Assembly: GCF_009914755.1 (NCBI RefSeq)
Contig: NC_060927.1
Length of the DNA: 64,000 nt
Direction: 5' to 3' (one strand)
From: the human T2T-CHM13v2.0 reference genome, Homo sapiens
Shown: one piece after another, positions 11,501 through 25,998 of the stretch
How positions within the stretch are numbered: position 1 is the first letter of the stretch
Layout: every line of letters begins with the position of its first letter
Program-made: the position numbers and the translations under genes
Notes under the pieces: generated by a model
Told to the model about the DNA's origin: nothing
Databases searched by the model: none
What the model saw: only the letters and a program-made list of their open reading frames with translations

Positions 11501-14500
11501 TGGTGAGTCTTTGCCTTGTTGAAATGGAGTTGTTTGATATTTGTATTATTTCTATAGTCTATCAACTTATTATAGTATATCTAGACATTTGGTATCCAAA
11601 TGGGAAAAGATTCTACCTTTTGATATTATCAAAATTTTCTATAGTGAGTTCTTTTCTAAGTGGGAAGTTACAGTGCGGTTTAAAAAAAACTTCCTTTTGC
11701 TGCACTTATCTTTTTGCTGGTGACAACCTTGTATTCAGCCAGTCAACTTGAGATCTCTAATATCTTCAGGGTGAGTGGAATTGAAGACCAAAAACATGAG
11801 ATGCTTGACTTTAAAGGTCAAAATATCAAGAGGCAGGGCGAAAATTTGAAATGCCTTGAGATCAGACAGAATTTGTCCCCATCTTCCCCTTCCTTCCCCC
11901 ACCACCTAATGTGGACATAAGATAAAGGCACTCTGAGCTGGAAATGGGATGGAGAAGTAGGAAACAAGAGATTGAGATGCTGGGGCAGGGGTGGGGGAGC
12001 AGGGGATGATTGCCTGCCTACAATTCTTCAAGTCCAAGAAAAGGATGGAAATCTACTGAACTCTTCTACATTTAGAGATCCAAGAGTAGAGGGATCCCCG
12101 GGAGAGAACCCCCCAACAGCTGGGCCTTATGCACCAGTGGCATGAGATGGGAATAGGTTGGATAGTAGATTAGGAATGACTACAAGGGGTCTCTTGGACA
12201 GAGCATCCTAAGGGGGACACATGGAGCCATCTGTGGCCTGAGAGGAGTGAGGGAGGACAGCTAAACTCTCTCAGTGTCCCAAGTAATGTGAGAATTTGGC
12301 TAAGGAAGAGAAAGAAGCTGAAAAAGGAAGCCATTTCACTCTTGCCAAGAGAAAACATCAGAGAAGAGAGCCACAGGGACCATCCAATAGAAGATGGTAG
12401 AAAGACCAGACTAGAGACTCTTAGCAAATGTGGGTGTAGACACAACTCTCCTTTGAATATCTTCCATTAATTCCACATTTCAAGGGAGTCCAGACCAGGC
12501 TGGGTTAAGATTTAGAAGTAAATGCTTTCCTTTTTCAACACTTGCATTTACATAAGCTCAGAGTTTATAATCAACCCCACGGAAAATGGGGTAAATAGAG
12601 AAAGGAATTCTGAATGAAACAGAGTTTTAATTCCAAAATAACTTTGAAATCATGAAATTTCATTAATTTCCCGAAATAGAATTAAATTTTCTGAAAATGA
12701 GGCCTTCAGAAAAAAATTTAAAACTTGTTTTTTCACAAACTTAAGTGTGTAAAATATATCCCATCCCCCCTTTTATAATAAAGTGGGGAGAAACAATGAA
12801 AAGTGAGGAAATTGGACTTTCTATGGCTTATGATCAAATCCATGTTGGTGGCTAATTATAAATTATAACCTTTTCCTCAGCTAAATGCATATCCTTAGCC
12901 TAGGAATCAGCATTCGCCTTATCAGTGTTGTTTCCAGGGCCCATTTCTTCCCATTAAAAAAGAAAAATCAGAGCAGCATCGGCCTGTTTCCTCCCTTTAG
13001 GCACTTCTCTTTACCATGATTGCTCTCAGAGCCCTGACAGTTTCCACAATCCAGGTATCTACACTGTTGGAAGATGACCAGGAAGGCTTCCAAAAAAAAT
13101 TCTTTTACAGCCACAAGGGTATTTTACTCTGTTGCCCCCAGTGCTAGGTCTTAGTTCCACTTTGAATCATTTCTTCTGACGTTTTCACCTTGAGACTATT
13201 TTCACTTAATGGAGCAAGATGAGCTCAAAAGGACAGCTCAGCAATTCTGTTCTGGTTGTCACTAATCCCATTACATCACCTATCCCAAGCAGTGACCATT
13301 CTTTCATCATTTCCCTAAGGCAATGCCTGACCCAGGTAGATGCAAAGAAAATCTCTGTTGAGTGAACGGAGCTCCAAGCATGTTTTCTGTGGTCCCTGAG
13401 CCTTTTTCTTTTGTCTTTTAGTGCTTTTGGTAAGCCTCAGCTCACTTCTGTCCTCCCAGGGCACGCTGCATGGCTTCTCAAAGCTTCCAGGCCTTTCAAG
13501 CTTTATAGCAAAGCCCTTGGCATTCCTTTTCTAGGTTACTATTTTGGTGTTCCTCTTATGGAATGTTCCCCTTATATCTATTAAAACTACTTTCTAAAAA
13601 CAAAAAACAGTTGTGTGCAGGGTAGGGAGACTGAACCTCCTTCTCATCCTGAGCGTAGCCATCACCTTAGCCCAGGAAGAGGTTCTTGTGGGCAGGGGAT
13701 GTGGCTCTGCCCTCAGGCTGGAGAGGGGCTCCTTGTCCATCACTGATAATCAGTCACTGGAAACCTGCTCCTAGGACCCTTGAAGTGACTGACTGGCTTG
13801 CAAACAATATTTTCTAACCAGTTATTTAAAACTATACTAAGATCCTTTTCTGAACACTTAACAGCACCAGCGATCATGTAGATGTTCTAACAGTAGGAAA
13901 CACATTCCCGTTTGGGTTGGTATTCAGACACAACTAATGAAGAGTGGAGCTGAAGAATGGAAAAAATCAGGGGTGGTGGGGGTGGTTATTGTGCAGATCA
14001 GTGGTACCGAATTGCTGGACAGAGGTCCAAGCTAGTTCAGACAGAAGATTCTAACAGTGCATGGCAAAATGAGTAAAATAAAAACAAAGGAGTCGTTTTT
14101 TAAAGCTAACGTTCAATGTAAAAGAATACCCTTTCATTTCTTCTTAAGAGAATTTAAAAAATATTTTGACATATAGACACATACATAATTTTACATAAAT
14201 GAGGGCATATAAATGATTTTTAAAGTAAAATTTAGAGTATTTTCTTTCACTTTTTTATGGTATTACAATGGCTTTTTTTTTAAATTATGAAACCCTGATA
14301 ATAGCAGATAGTGGTGGGCATTTTGCTGCATGTTAGCTATGTCCATGTTTGGCAGAATAAAAGTTAGCAGTCTTATGTCTATTTCCCAAATTCTTTTAGA
14401 TTGCCTACTTGTCCTTGAAATCCAGACACCTGGAAGCCCCTGGTGTTGATGAATTCCCCATGAACCAAGTTTAGCGGCAGGGGGTCAAATTTTCCAAACA

Positions 14501-15955
14501 GTCTTGTGTTCTGAAACCTACCAGGATGAGCCAGACAAACATTAAGAAAGGGGTTGTATACCTACACACAAGTCAGCAGTGGCCTGGAAATTCTCCCTGC
14601 TCTTGTCAGAAGTACCTGAACTCAGGATATCTAAGGCTGGGATGCACAGGACTTCCCTGCAGCCTTCCTTCAGTTCATCACATGTGAATATCTGCTATAA
14701 CTTGATGCAATACTCTTGATTGGAATGACTTGACACATTTTATACAAAAATAAACTATGAATAGTATGTGGGGTTTTTAATTAAAATGAGTTTGGTTACC
14801 AAAAAAATTATTCATTTCTGGGCTTTATGTGTTTGAATTCTTATTTGAATGGTATGTTTTATAATATAAAACATTAATGAAAGTTTACACATGAATTAAA
14901 AGGGGTCAGGCATAAATAGTTTGATGCCCAGATTTTCTTGCTTTCATACAAGGATCCCACCCCTTCACCAAATTGTTTTTATCAAGTTTAGTCATCCAAT
15001 TTCTTTTCATGAAGTGAAATCCTTTATACTCTAGTCCTTTAACCCTCTCAATTGTACCGTATTTACCCATAAACTTGTGCATTACATTTACTTGGAACTG
15101 GTCTGTTGTAGAATAGTGCTCCCTGCCTAGTGTAGTGGGTTAGTTTCAACCAGTATTTGCCAATGTTCACTGTGGTACAAGCACAGTTTTTCAGAGTGTC
15201 GTGACATCTGCTATAAGGAATGTCTCCAACTGCCAAACGGGACCAAGGCTTCCATGCTCAATAAACTTCCACCTGCCCTAGAGATGCAGTAATTTCCCTC
15301 CAGCAATCAGAGCACAGTCAGACCCAGATGTCTGAGTTTTCTTTTCGAAAATATGACCATTGTGATACAAACCCATTGGGTAAAATTTTAAAATAATAAT
15401 AAAATTGTGGTTGATTGTTGTGAAAACTTCCTTACCCTTAAGTACTTAGTGCTATGTATGATCTGAGATTTCCTCTGGGGAGATCAACTTTTTTCCCCTG
15501 GATTTTATGATTGTTTATTTCCTGGTTTCCACAACCAAGTTTATTCAGAAGCTTAAATGTGAAACTGTTCTCAAAATTATGTATCTTTTCCTTGATTTCT
15601 CTATTAACACTTTGTGGAGTTGGCCTTGCCAGGTAAAGCCTCAAGGAGCTTTGAAGCTGGCCTGAGATAAAATGGGAATGGAGTGAAAATGTGTCTGGGT
15701 AGTACTCCTGCAATCCAACCCCACTTAGGCATCATTTCTCACTCCTTCGTCCTGTCTTACCCTACTCTTTTTACTTTGGAAGATGGAGTAAATGCACACA
15801 CAGTGGGACAAAACTTCAAACAGTAAAAAAGAATACATAGTCACAAGTAAGTTTCCCCCTTTTGGCTGTCCTGAGTTCCTCTACGCTGGACTGTAACCAG
15901 TTTTCTATGCATTCTAACAGTCCACGCACATACCAGTATACAAACGCACATAGAA

Positions 15956-15997
15956 ACACACACACACACACACACACATACACACACACACACACAC
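15956..15997. repeat. (CA)n microsatellite, one interruption
   Basis: Directly visible. Confidence 0.95.
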
Positions 15998-15999
15998 GT

Positions 16000-16820
16000 G
16001 TATAGCTTTTTCTTATAAAATGGTGACATACTATACACATTGACCTTCGTCTTGCTTTTTTATTTAATAATATATCTTAAAATCTAGTCATATCAGTATG
16101 TATTGCTTCATTTGTTTTAGAAGACTATTCTTTGTGTAGCTATATTATAATTGACGTAGAGACTTCATATCAATGAATATTTAAATAGTTCCTAGTTCTT
16201 TTCTGCACACACACACAATAGTTGTACTGAATAGCACAACACATGCATTTTTGTATACAGCTATGAGTATATTTATAAGAGATGTAAAATTGCAGGGTCA
16301 AAATGAATGTCCATTTTAAATTTTCATGCACATTGACAAATTATTCTTTAATAAGATAGCTTCCAAATACACTCCTAGTGATAATGTTTGAGAATGCCTA
16401 TTTGCCACACTTTAGTAACTTTTTGATATTTGCTAACATGACAGGTAAAATGTGATATGTCAATGAAGTTTTAATTTGCATCTTTTCACATATTTAAAAT
16501 TCACTTTTTTTCTCTCTTTCTGTGAATGTGTTCATTTTTCAATTAGTTGTTGGTCTTTTCATGTTGATGTGTTTGCGCTCTTTATAAAAAAATTATCTTT
16601 TTAGATATCAGGCAGAAAACAAATGATATTTTCCCAGAAAAATTTAATTTGTATGTATTCAAATGTATTCGGTTTTTGGGTTCGTGTCATGCTTTAAAAA
16701 CCCTAAAAGCCCTTCTAGATTAATTTTTAAATACCAAATTTTCTTCTAAAACTTTTATGGTTTTATTTTTTGCATTTAAATTCCTGATCCGTTTTGGAAT
16801 TTATTTTGGCATAATGAGTG
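16000..16820 (-). mobile_element. Old L1M (L1ME-like) 3' region
   Basis: AT-rich antisense L1M motifs such as aaaattgcagggtcaaaat, gttttaatttgcat and ggaatttattttggcata. Confidence 0.65.
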
Positions 16821-17089
16821 TCTTTCTCCCTTTATTTTAAAGGAAAAAGAACATTCCCCATTGTGGCAGCACAGGGTCAGGGAAATAGAAATACAGAGTT
16901 AAGTGGACAGTTACACCATCAGTAGGTAACCTTCCCTGACCAGTGGATTTATCTCCCTGGCTCTAAGCTTTTTGACAAATGAATGTGTTGATAGAATGAT
17001 GCTCCCCAACATCAAGGAGTTGGATGAAGGAACCACCTTGGAAGGGCCTTCTCTTTCCTATCGGATCTTACTTGCAGAATGCTCTTGAG

Positions 17090-17295
17090 TCATATGGACC
17101 TGGGGCAAAACCTGGCTTTACTCTTGTCAGATGTGATGAGTTGTTTTATCTCAGCCTCAGTTTCTGTATCTGTGAAAGTTAAGGACAACAGTTCCAACAC
17201 ATCGTGATTGTTATGAGTTAAATGAGAAAAAGTGTATGATATTTCCTGGCACAGTGCCCAGCATCTAAAAGCTGCCCAATAAATGTGCATTTAAT
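17090..17295 (+). mobile_element. MIR
   Basis: gcctcagtttctgtatctgtgaaa...gttatgagttaaatgag...cacagtgcccagca...caataaatg. Confidence 0.7.
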
Positions 17296-17489
17296 CCTTA
17301 ATTTTCCTTTTATTTTTTTCCACTTAAGTTTTTCTCATACCAATAGAAATCAACACCGGTTGGAAATCACAGCCCCAGCTTCCTGTTTTGGCCTTCTTCT
17401 CACAACTTAGTCCTTTCACCCACTCTTCTGGTATCTGGGACCCTGGCCTCTATACCCGTCAGAACTCACTGTGGAATCATGTGGACTTT

Positions 17490-18210
17490 AATGTGAACCA
17501 CTAAGCTTGAACCTGAAATTACACCTGAATTTCCCCAACCTCAGGCTTTCTTGTATCAATACTGCCATCATTGCACTGGTTCCCTGATCATTTCCTTGAC
17601 TCCAGCCTTGCCCTTCTTTCCCAAATGCATGCTAGAGCCTGCTGCTAAATTGGTCTTCCAGAAACAAATCGGATCACAATGCTTTCCTGCTTAAAGGCTA
17701 AAACCCCAGTGGCTTTGCATGACAGACAGTGCCCTCCATGATCTCCCTCCTGCTGGCATCTGGAGCCTTTGATTTCTTGTGGATTTCCTGAACACACTAT
17801 TAATTTTCCTGTCTCAGTGACTTTATCCTTGGCATTCCTTCAATCCAGGATGCATTTTGCCTTATTTTTTAGTCTAGAAAATGCTTATTCCTCAAGAGCC
17901 TACTCCAGCTTCCTCCTCCTGTGTGTTTACACACCCTCCCCTTTGCCCTCTGTCATTACCTTGCTTTTTCTTCTGCCTCTAACCAAGGAAAGTGGCTACT
18001 CCCTCTTTGAGTCACCACTTTATACATACACCAATCACGACACCAGCTGACACCTCCATTACTCCTCACATACTATGAAATTATTTACACACGTGTCTGG
18101 TCTTCCCTTGACTGTGAGTTCCTTGCCATTGAGGACTATAGCTCTATTTACTCCTATTGCATGTCCTAGCACATATTAAACACTAAAATTATTTGTTAAA
18201 CATATTAATC
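17490..18210 (+). mobile_element. L2
   Basis: ggatcacaatgctttcctgcttaaa...gactgtgagttccttg. Confidence 0.65.
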
Positions 18211-18679
18211 CATCAATATCCAGACATTATCTAGATTTCCAGGTAAGGAAGTAATTGTGTTAGGATTTCCAGACTCTGGAACATATCATTTTCAACTAAC
18301 ACTGAGATACCTCAAGAAAAAATCTTTCATTTTTCTTTTCCTTGTCAACATTTCACCTGTCGTTTGGTATTTGATGACATGAGCTTATAATAAAACAATA
18401 AATCAATATTGTGCTTAGATAGAAAGAACACAATGCCTTCAAAAAAACAGTGCTAACTGTCAAAGTGTGATTCTATAAAATTGTTTGGGTTTTTTTTTTT
18501 TTTTTGCATTACACAGATATGAAAATAATAGCTTGAGGTCCTTTTGGCTAACATTGTGCATTTTATATTTTACTGTGAGATGTCATTTTTGTGAAGTTGA
18601 TTTGTGGTTATCTACTTGGGAGTAAAAAGTCAGAAACATTGGTTACAATTCTAGGAACTATAATTATTGGTTTAACTTA

Positions 18680-19109
<430 letters not shown>

Positions 19110-20289
19110 CTACGGCCATAACTCTAAACAGCACCCTGAAGAGAATCTGGAGTTTAATTTTGACCGTCCTTGAATTGTACATGTTCAGAATGGCATGGAT
19201 TAAGGACATTTGGGTGCTGATTTTTATATTGATGAAAAATTAGACTGATGTATTTGTACATATGTGTTCATGGTAAATTTCCAGTGACAAACCTGGAGAT
19301 GCCTTTTGCAGATTCTAAGGGAGTGTTCTTTCTTTTGAACAAGTGCTTTATCTTGAGAAAAAAATACAAGGAGCAGGAAGGAAGAATGGACACCCACTTG
19401 GGCAGCCCAGTTAGCTGAACCAGTTGTGGAGTTTGGTGAGTTGATACATCACAGTTCAATCATGCCCAGATTCATAAGCAACTTTCACACGAGAAATCCA
19501 AAGACTACAATCCCAAAACTAGATTTTTGTGATAAATGCAGATTAGATTAGCATTATATGTTCATAGCTACTTGAAGTGCAAGGACTAGACATAAGACCT
19601 ACTGAAAATGCTATTGTAGTGTGAAGAATTGGTCGGCAAGTAAAAATCAGAGTTTTATAAGTGACTGCGATTATTGTTACCTTATTATCCCAACTTTTTG
19701 CCTTTGCTACCAATTGTACTAAGTTTACATAATTCACATGGCGTTTAGATGTACAGACATTCAAATCATCTATTTCTACCTGAAAGACCAATAACTCCTC
19801 CTCTAGAAATAAAATTGCATTATATGCAAGTGAGATAAGTTGGAAATAAATCATCACCTGAGAACACTGAAGTTGGGGCGGGTTGGAGTGAGGAAGTTGC
19901 TATTTTGAGGAGTACAGGGCTGATAGCTTTAGCACTATTTGCCAAGAGAGACTGGAGCATTTCTCATAGGAATCAGAGAGCTAAATAATAATGGTTTGAC
20001 TTGTTTCATGTTCTTTTTTCCCCCCACTGTCTTCTTTTTTCCTTTCTGTATCTTCCTCCTCATTCCTTATTCTCTCATCCTTCCCTTTTCATTTTCCTTC
20101 TTCTTCTTCCTCCTCCTCCTGGAGCCAGAGTTCACTTTGCCTAGAGGCACCAAGTGGGCACTGCCTTCTCCACCGATGAGTCCCCTTTGTAGAGCCAGAG
20201 TACATCCATTCAGAGTGTGAAAGTACATTCACTGTGTGTGGTTGATAGTACATTTCACTCTATTCTGGAACCTTAAAGGAAATCACAGT

Positions 20290-20510
20290 GAATGTAAAGA
20301 TCACAGTCTCAGAGTTAGACAAATCTGGGTTCACACCTCTCTCTCCACTTAGTATTTGCCACTAGTAACCTTAGGTAAGTTGTGACTCAGCCTCGTGTGA
20401 AAGAGAACAGTGATCCATCCCTACCTGAAAAAATGATTGTGACAATTAAATACAATGATAAATTTCAGTATGTAACATAGCAATAAAGCATGTTTGATTA
20501 ATACTGTTTT
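20290..20510 (+). mobile_element. MIR
   Basis: agagttagacaaatctgggttc...aaccttaggtaagtt...gattgtgacaattaaat. Confidence 0.6.
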
Positions 20511-20624
20511 CTTTCTTTATGCCGTGTCACATTCAAGTATTATCTATTTCTCTGTTCCAAACACTGCAGTATGAACTAATAGCAGATCCTATTGTTAAAG
20601 AGTTTATAGTCTGGTGGGGATGGC

Positions 20625-20677
20625 GATGTATATACAAGTAACAATTTTGCTGATGTATACACAAGTAACAATGTTGC
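20625..20677. repeat. 27-bp tandem duplication
   Basis: gatgtatatacaagtaacaattttgc / gatgtatacacaagtaacaatgttgc. Confidence 0.85.
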
Positions 20678-20691
20678 AAGCCACTGGGTGA

Positions 20692-21262
<571 letters not shown>

Positions 21263-22029
21263 TAGCATTTGCACTTTCTTTCATTTCACTAAGCATCCCA
21301 GAGTGTGGTAAATTTCAAGTGTAAGTTTAAGGGAGAGAAAACAGACCCATTGGGTCTCTATCCCTGACCATGTCCCAGGTTCCAGTTCCCATGATTCTGC
21401 TTTCGGGAGTGCCAGCAAACTCTGGCTAGCAGAGGAGAGAGCATTCTCCTCCTTGCTCATCTCAGTGAGTCATTGTCCTGTGCCTTTATCTCCCTTGGCA
21501 CCTCATGGGGCTGTGGCCAGGTGGGCAGTGTCACAGGCAGGATTGGGGTGCTCCCAGTCACCTGACCACAATACGGCCTCAACACCACCAAAATTCCAAC
21601 AACACTGCTAACACATATCTTTAGAAACATACAGTCAAAGTACAGAGATATTCCCAGGAAAGGCAAATTATATCCAGCAAGGGGCATGGCAAGGGTTGAG
21701 TAGGCAGCTCAGATTGACAGGGGAAGGCAGGAACTTGGCCTGCGCTCAGGGGTCGGGGTATGAATGATCCAGTGACTCTGGTCCACACTAAATGATTGTG
21801 AAGTTTCCCCCTAGAGGAGGAATGCATGTGTAGTCCAGGTGTAGGCATGGTATCTACATTTTAGCAATAGTTACTAATGTTTTGTTCCATAGCTACTCTT
21901 TTTTGACATCCTGGAACATAAGGACTATTTTATTTACCTCTCAGAATAAAGTTTGCAGCAGTAAGGTCTATTCTTAGTGCACCTAGTTGGGACCCAAGAT
22001 AATAACACCCCCCGCCACACACACACACC

Positions 22030-22210
22030 CAAATTTAAGTGCCTACTCTGTGTTTATTTCTGATCTTTACAACAGCCCTGGATGGTGACTATTACCTCAT
22101 TTTACAGAGGAGGAGTTGAGGTTCAGAGAAGTGAAGTGGTCTGTCCAAAGGTGACAAGTTGCAGAACCATGGTTCAAACTTCAGATCTGTGGCTCCAGTG
22201 CCTTTATTAT
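22030..22210 (-). mobile_element. MIR
   Basis: cctcattttacagaggaggagttgaggttcagagaagtgaagtggtctgtccaaaggt. Confidence 0.75.
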
Positions 22211-24327
22211 TATGGCCTCTGCTCACAACTTTGCCTACTTCAATCCATGCAAAAGGCCAGCCTGTTTTGTGATAATAATACCTGTGTCCATTGTCTGTCA
22301 ATTGTTTACTCAGGCAGGCAGCAGGGCACGTGCCATTGAGTTTCCCTGTAATAGTCATGGCTGGGCTGAATGGGTACATCCTCTGGCCATTGCACATCTG
22401 TGACCTGCATGACCCATTGGAGGGGGAGGGGGCTCCCACGTCTTCCAGGGATAATGACCCCACTCCTGGCTTCATGCGTGTTTTGTCCTCCCTCTGTATG
22501 AAGTCCCAGAAAGAGGTGGTACTGGAAGACAGGATGATCCAGTTCATTCCTTGTCTTTTCTGTCACATTTCCGTGTCTGTCCTCTTGCCCATGATGGTAG
22601 ATCATAATATTTGTTCAACTTCTCTCTCAAGATGATCATAAAGATCAAATATGATTATGGATATAAAAACAACTTCTGAAGTTCAAATGCTAGTATTATG
22701 GTTTGTGTCAAAGAGAAACTGGAGGAGGCATTGTGTCTCAATATTAGTAGCAGAAGCATTTCTGAGGGATCCACAGAGAATCATACATAGCTTTTTGCCT
22801 GGATATCAGCCCTACCCCTCAGTATCCTTTCCTAGAGTGCAGTGGAAAAGCCCATCTTGACTAGAATTCAGCTCAAGTCAAAGGAAAAACCCAATGGAAA
22901 ATGACTTCTAGATAAGCTGAAAAAATAAAATAAAACCCCCAAAGTCCTTAGCAGTGATTCAGTTTTCCTTCTGAAAGAGAGAAAAATTATTCTACTAAAT
23001 GCCAAATTCCCACTACACCTCTCTTCGAGTGGGAGGGGCATTGAGACCATCACAGTGCACCATCCTCAGCCAGAAGCACCTTTCTTGAGCATGCCAGGTG
23101 CAAGGTCCTGGCAGATGTAGCTGAGGGGCACCATGGCAGATGGACCCCTGGTTCCATCTCACCCTACACTTCCCTTTGGACTACGTGACCAAGTTTGGGG
23201 ACCATCACCCATCCTTCCTAACCCATCTTGGTTAGTGCTGCTGCTGCCTTCTGCTGACCATGTCCTTCCCTTTCCAGATGGTCTGTCTTTCCTGCTGCCT
23301 TGGACAAGCTGATCTGAAATAAACAGCCAATGTAGGGACTTTGCAGGCAGAATCACCACCTCCATCTTCAGTGGGCCTGTGATCATCTCAACAGATTGGT
23401 CAAGTCAGTGTGAGGAGAGGAAATGGGCTTTATAATTTGGGTGCCTGCGCAGACTTTTATTGCTATGTCTTTATTGGCTATCTTTGTTGCCAAGGTAGAG
23501 TTATATCCTCCCAAAATATAATGGCAGGCTATTCCACTTTGTTGTTGTTTCTTCCTCAAAGTATTAGACTCCCTCAAGACCTCCCACCTCTATCACTTCC
23601 AAAATTAAGGTGAGTAATTAGAGAAATATTGGTTTTATCGAATGACTATCAAAGAAAAGAGACACTCCTCCTGTTATGCAATACGTTGGTCTAGAAAATG
23701 GAGCATATTTTTACATTTAAGTATTTTTATGGCAAATTTAATTATTTGAAATACACTTTGAAATCTCAATGACAGCAAAAAATACAGAACTTCTTTTATG
23801 ATGTAAAGTCACATTTATTGATATAGATGTATAGATATAGATATTAGATTCTCTTAGAGTACCATACCTACATTCATGGATAATTCGTAGCATCAAATGC
23901 TGGTAGTAAGTCATTGACCCTCAAATGAGAGCAACATACAAAATAAAACCCAAATCTAGACGACGAGTTAAGTTCTTCTGAGGCACATAAGCCCATCAGA
24001 TTACCTTCTAAGTTTTCCAAGAAAAAGCGATACCAGTAAACTCAGTTCTTACCACCTTAACCACACTATCAATGCCCTAAATTCCCCTTAATTTGCACTG
24101 CCATTGAGGCCTGACACATGTCATTCAACACTTGCTCACATGCTGTCATTCCCCCCTCTTGCTACTGTTGTTCTCAGAGCCCAATTGGCCTCCGAGCTGT
24201 GTTAGGATGAGATCATGCCTTATTGTCCCTGTGGTCTGTGTCATGGTGCTACAGAGTGCTGCATCCAGGCATCTGGGCTGTGTCCATTAACATCAAATTT
24301 TTATTCTGCTACATAGAAATATAATCC

Positions 24328-24612
24328 AGTGGTTCTCAAATACTTTGCCCACAATCATAGAAAAAAAATATAGAAAGAAATATATTTTGTATGGTGACCT
24401 AGTGCATACATACATATACATATTATACCATAAACTAGTTTCACAAAATAATAATTATCTTTATATATGAGATGGACCTTGAGCTCTGATATTTTCTATT
24501 CTATTCCATTTCACCCTGTGACCTTTTATTCTATTTTAATATACTGGATGTGACATTTAAAATAGATTTCATGACAAACTAATGGGTTACAACTATCAAT
24601 TTAAAAAACAGT
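24328..24612. mobile_element. hAT-Charlie family non-autonomous element
   Basis: Starts cagtggttctcaaa and ends atgacaaactaatgggttacaactatcaatttaaaaaacagt (degenerate Charlie TIR). Confidence 0.55.
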
Positions 24613-25109
24613 ACCAGGATATGTCTGGAAAGGTTTATCCCCTGCCCACACCAGAGCCACTCCCTGGCAGCTTCTCCTACCTCCTACACCACCTCTATGT
24701 TCCCAGGTGAGCTTGTGCTACCTTCGGCTTCATTGTGGATGCCACTTGGAATGCCTGATGCCTTCAATAATATTCTGTCCCCAGCAAACAGATGAATGGC
24801 AAAGAAAGCGTGAGTGTGGGGAAGCCACACTTCCTTTCACTTCTGCATTTCTTTTTTCCTCTACGCCACCTCAACCACAGGTGGTGCTAGAGGTAGACTA
24901 CACTTCAGGGTTGGGGAGACCTGAAAGGAATTTAGACGTTCAGTTAGAAAAGTTTATCAATGCAAGCTTCACTGACTATCATCTTAATCCGAGGGAGTGC
25001 ACCAAAGAAAGTGAATTTCTTCACGTGGGGTCTCCTTATGGACAAATCTCAATGCCTAGCCATGGCCTCCATGACACACCATATAGTTCCCAATACAAAG
25101 TTAGTCAGC

Positions 25110-25448
25110 CTGGCCAGCAGATGCTGAGAGCTTTTAAAAATACCCATGCACAGAGCTGCACACCCAGAGATTCACATTGAACTGGCTGGAAATGGGGCTT
25201 GGACATTGGAATTTTTGAAAGCTCCCTATGTGTTTCTTTTTTTTTTTTTTTTTTTTTTAATTTTTTTTTTTTTTATTATACTCTAAGTTTTAGGGTACAT
25301 GTGCACATTGTGCAGGTTAGTTACATATGTATACATGTGCCATGCTGGTGCGCTGCGCCCACTAACGTGTCATCTAGCATTAGGTATATCTCCCAATGAA
25401 AGCTCCCTATGTGTTTCTAATGAATTACCAGGGCTGAGGAACATTGGG
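25110..25448. mobile_element. MER5B-like element interrupted by the L1HS
   Basis: gagcttttaaaaatacccatgc...cccagagattc...tttttgaaagctccc...ttctaatg...ccagggctgaggaacattg. Confidence 0.65.
25238..25398 (-). mobile_element. L1HS pre-Ta (ACG/G), heavily 5'-truncated, with poly(A) and TSD
   Basis: Minus strand gatgacACGttagtgg (25366-25368) and aacttaGagtataataaa (25283); flanking repeat tgaaagctccctatgtgtttct at 25216-25237 and 25397-25418. Confidence 0.95.
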
Positions 25449-25849
25449 ATTGATTGACCTGACTGGGGATCTTCAAGAGGGAAGTCCAATGGGGGGCTTT
25501 TCAAGATGTTCTCACCCCGCTGAGGTGCACAAGAATTCTTCCTGAGCACATAGATGTGAGCTATGGAATTAGACACACAGATAGTTCTCCCCAAAACAAA
25601 TAATCATTAGAGTCAATGAAGTTTACATACATGTTAAGGAAGAAAACTGTCATAGGTAACATAATATGAACAGCCCCTTTTGTTATTATAAAAAATTGTA
25701 TTAGCCTCCCTACCCTCACCTCCTTATTCAATCTCTACTTCCCAGGCTGGAAATTTAGACCTTCCTGCATAAAATGGATTTTAATCGTACAGCTACAGCT
25801 CTCTAGTTGCTTCAGCTTTGGAGTATTTTCTTCTCTGTATCTTAGGTTA

Positions 25850-25998
25850 GTGTTTCTCTAATTTTATTATGCACAGGAATCTCCTCAGTTCTTGCTGAAA
25901 TACAGTTTCTGATTCAGTAGGTCTGAGAAGGGGCTCTGGATTCTGTATTCCTAATCAGCTCCCAGGTGATGCTGTTGCTGCTGGTCTACTCTTTGAGT
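25850..25998. mobile_element. MER5A
   Basis: ttctgattcagtaggtctg...cagctcccaggtgatgctgttgctgctggtc. Confidence 0.75.

Noticed and set aside
11725-12540. Possible ancient LTR
   Set aside because: LTR-like composition, but I cannot identify termini, a TSD or a family
22092-22635. Overlapping ORFs on both strands
   Set aside because: Partly MIR; no recognisable protein or coherent splice structure
24828-24843. ETS/IRF-like composite cacttcctttcacttc
   Set aside because: A single short motif with no supporting context
24707-25180. 157-aa ORF
   Set aside because: GTG start, ends in a MER5 element, no recognisable family
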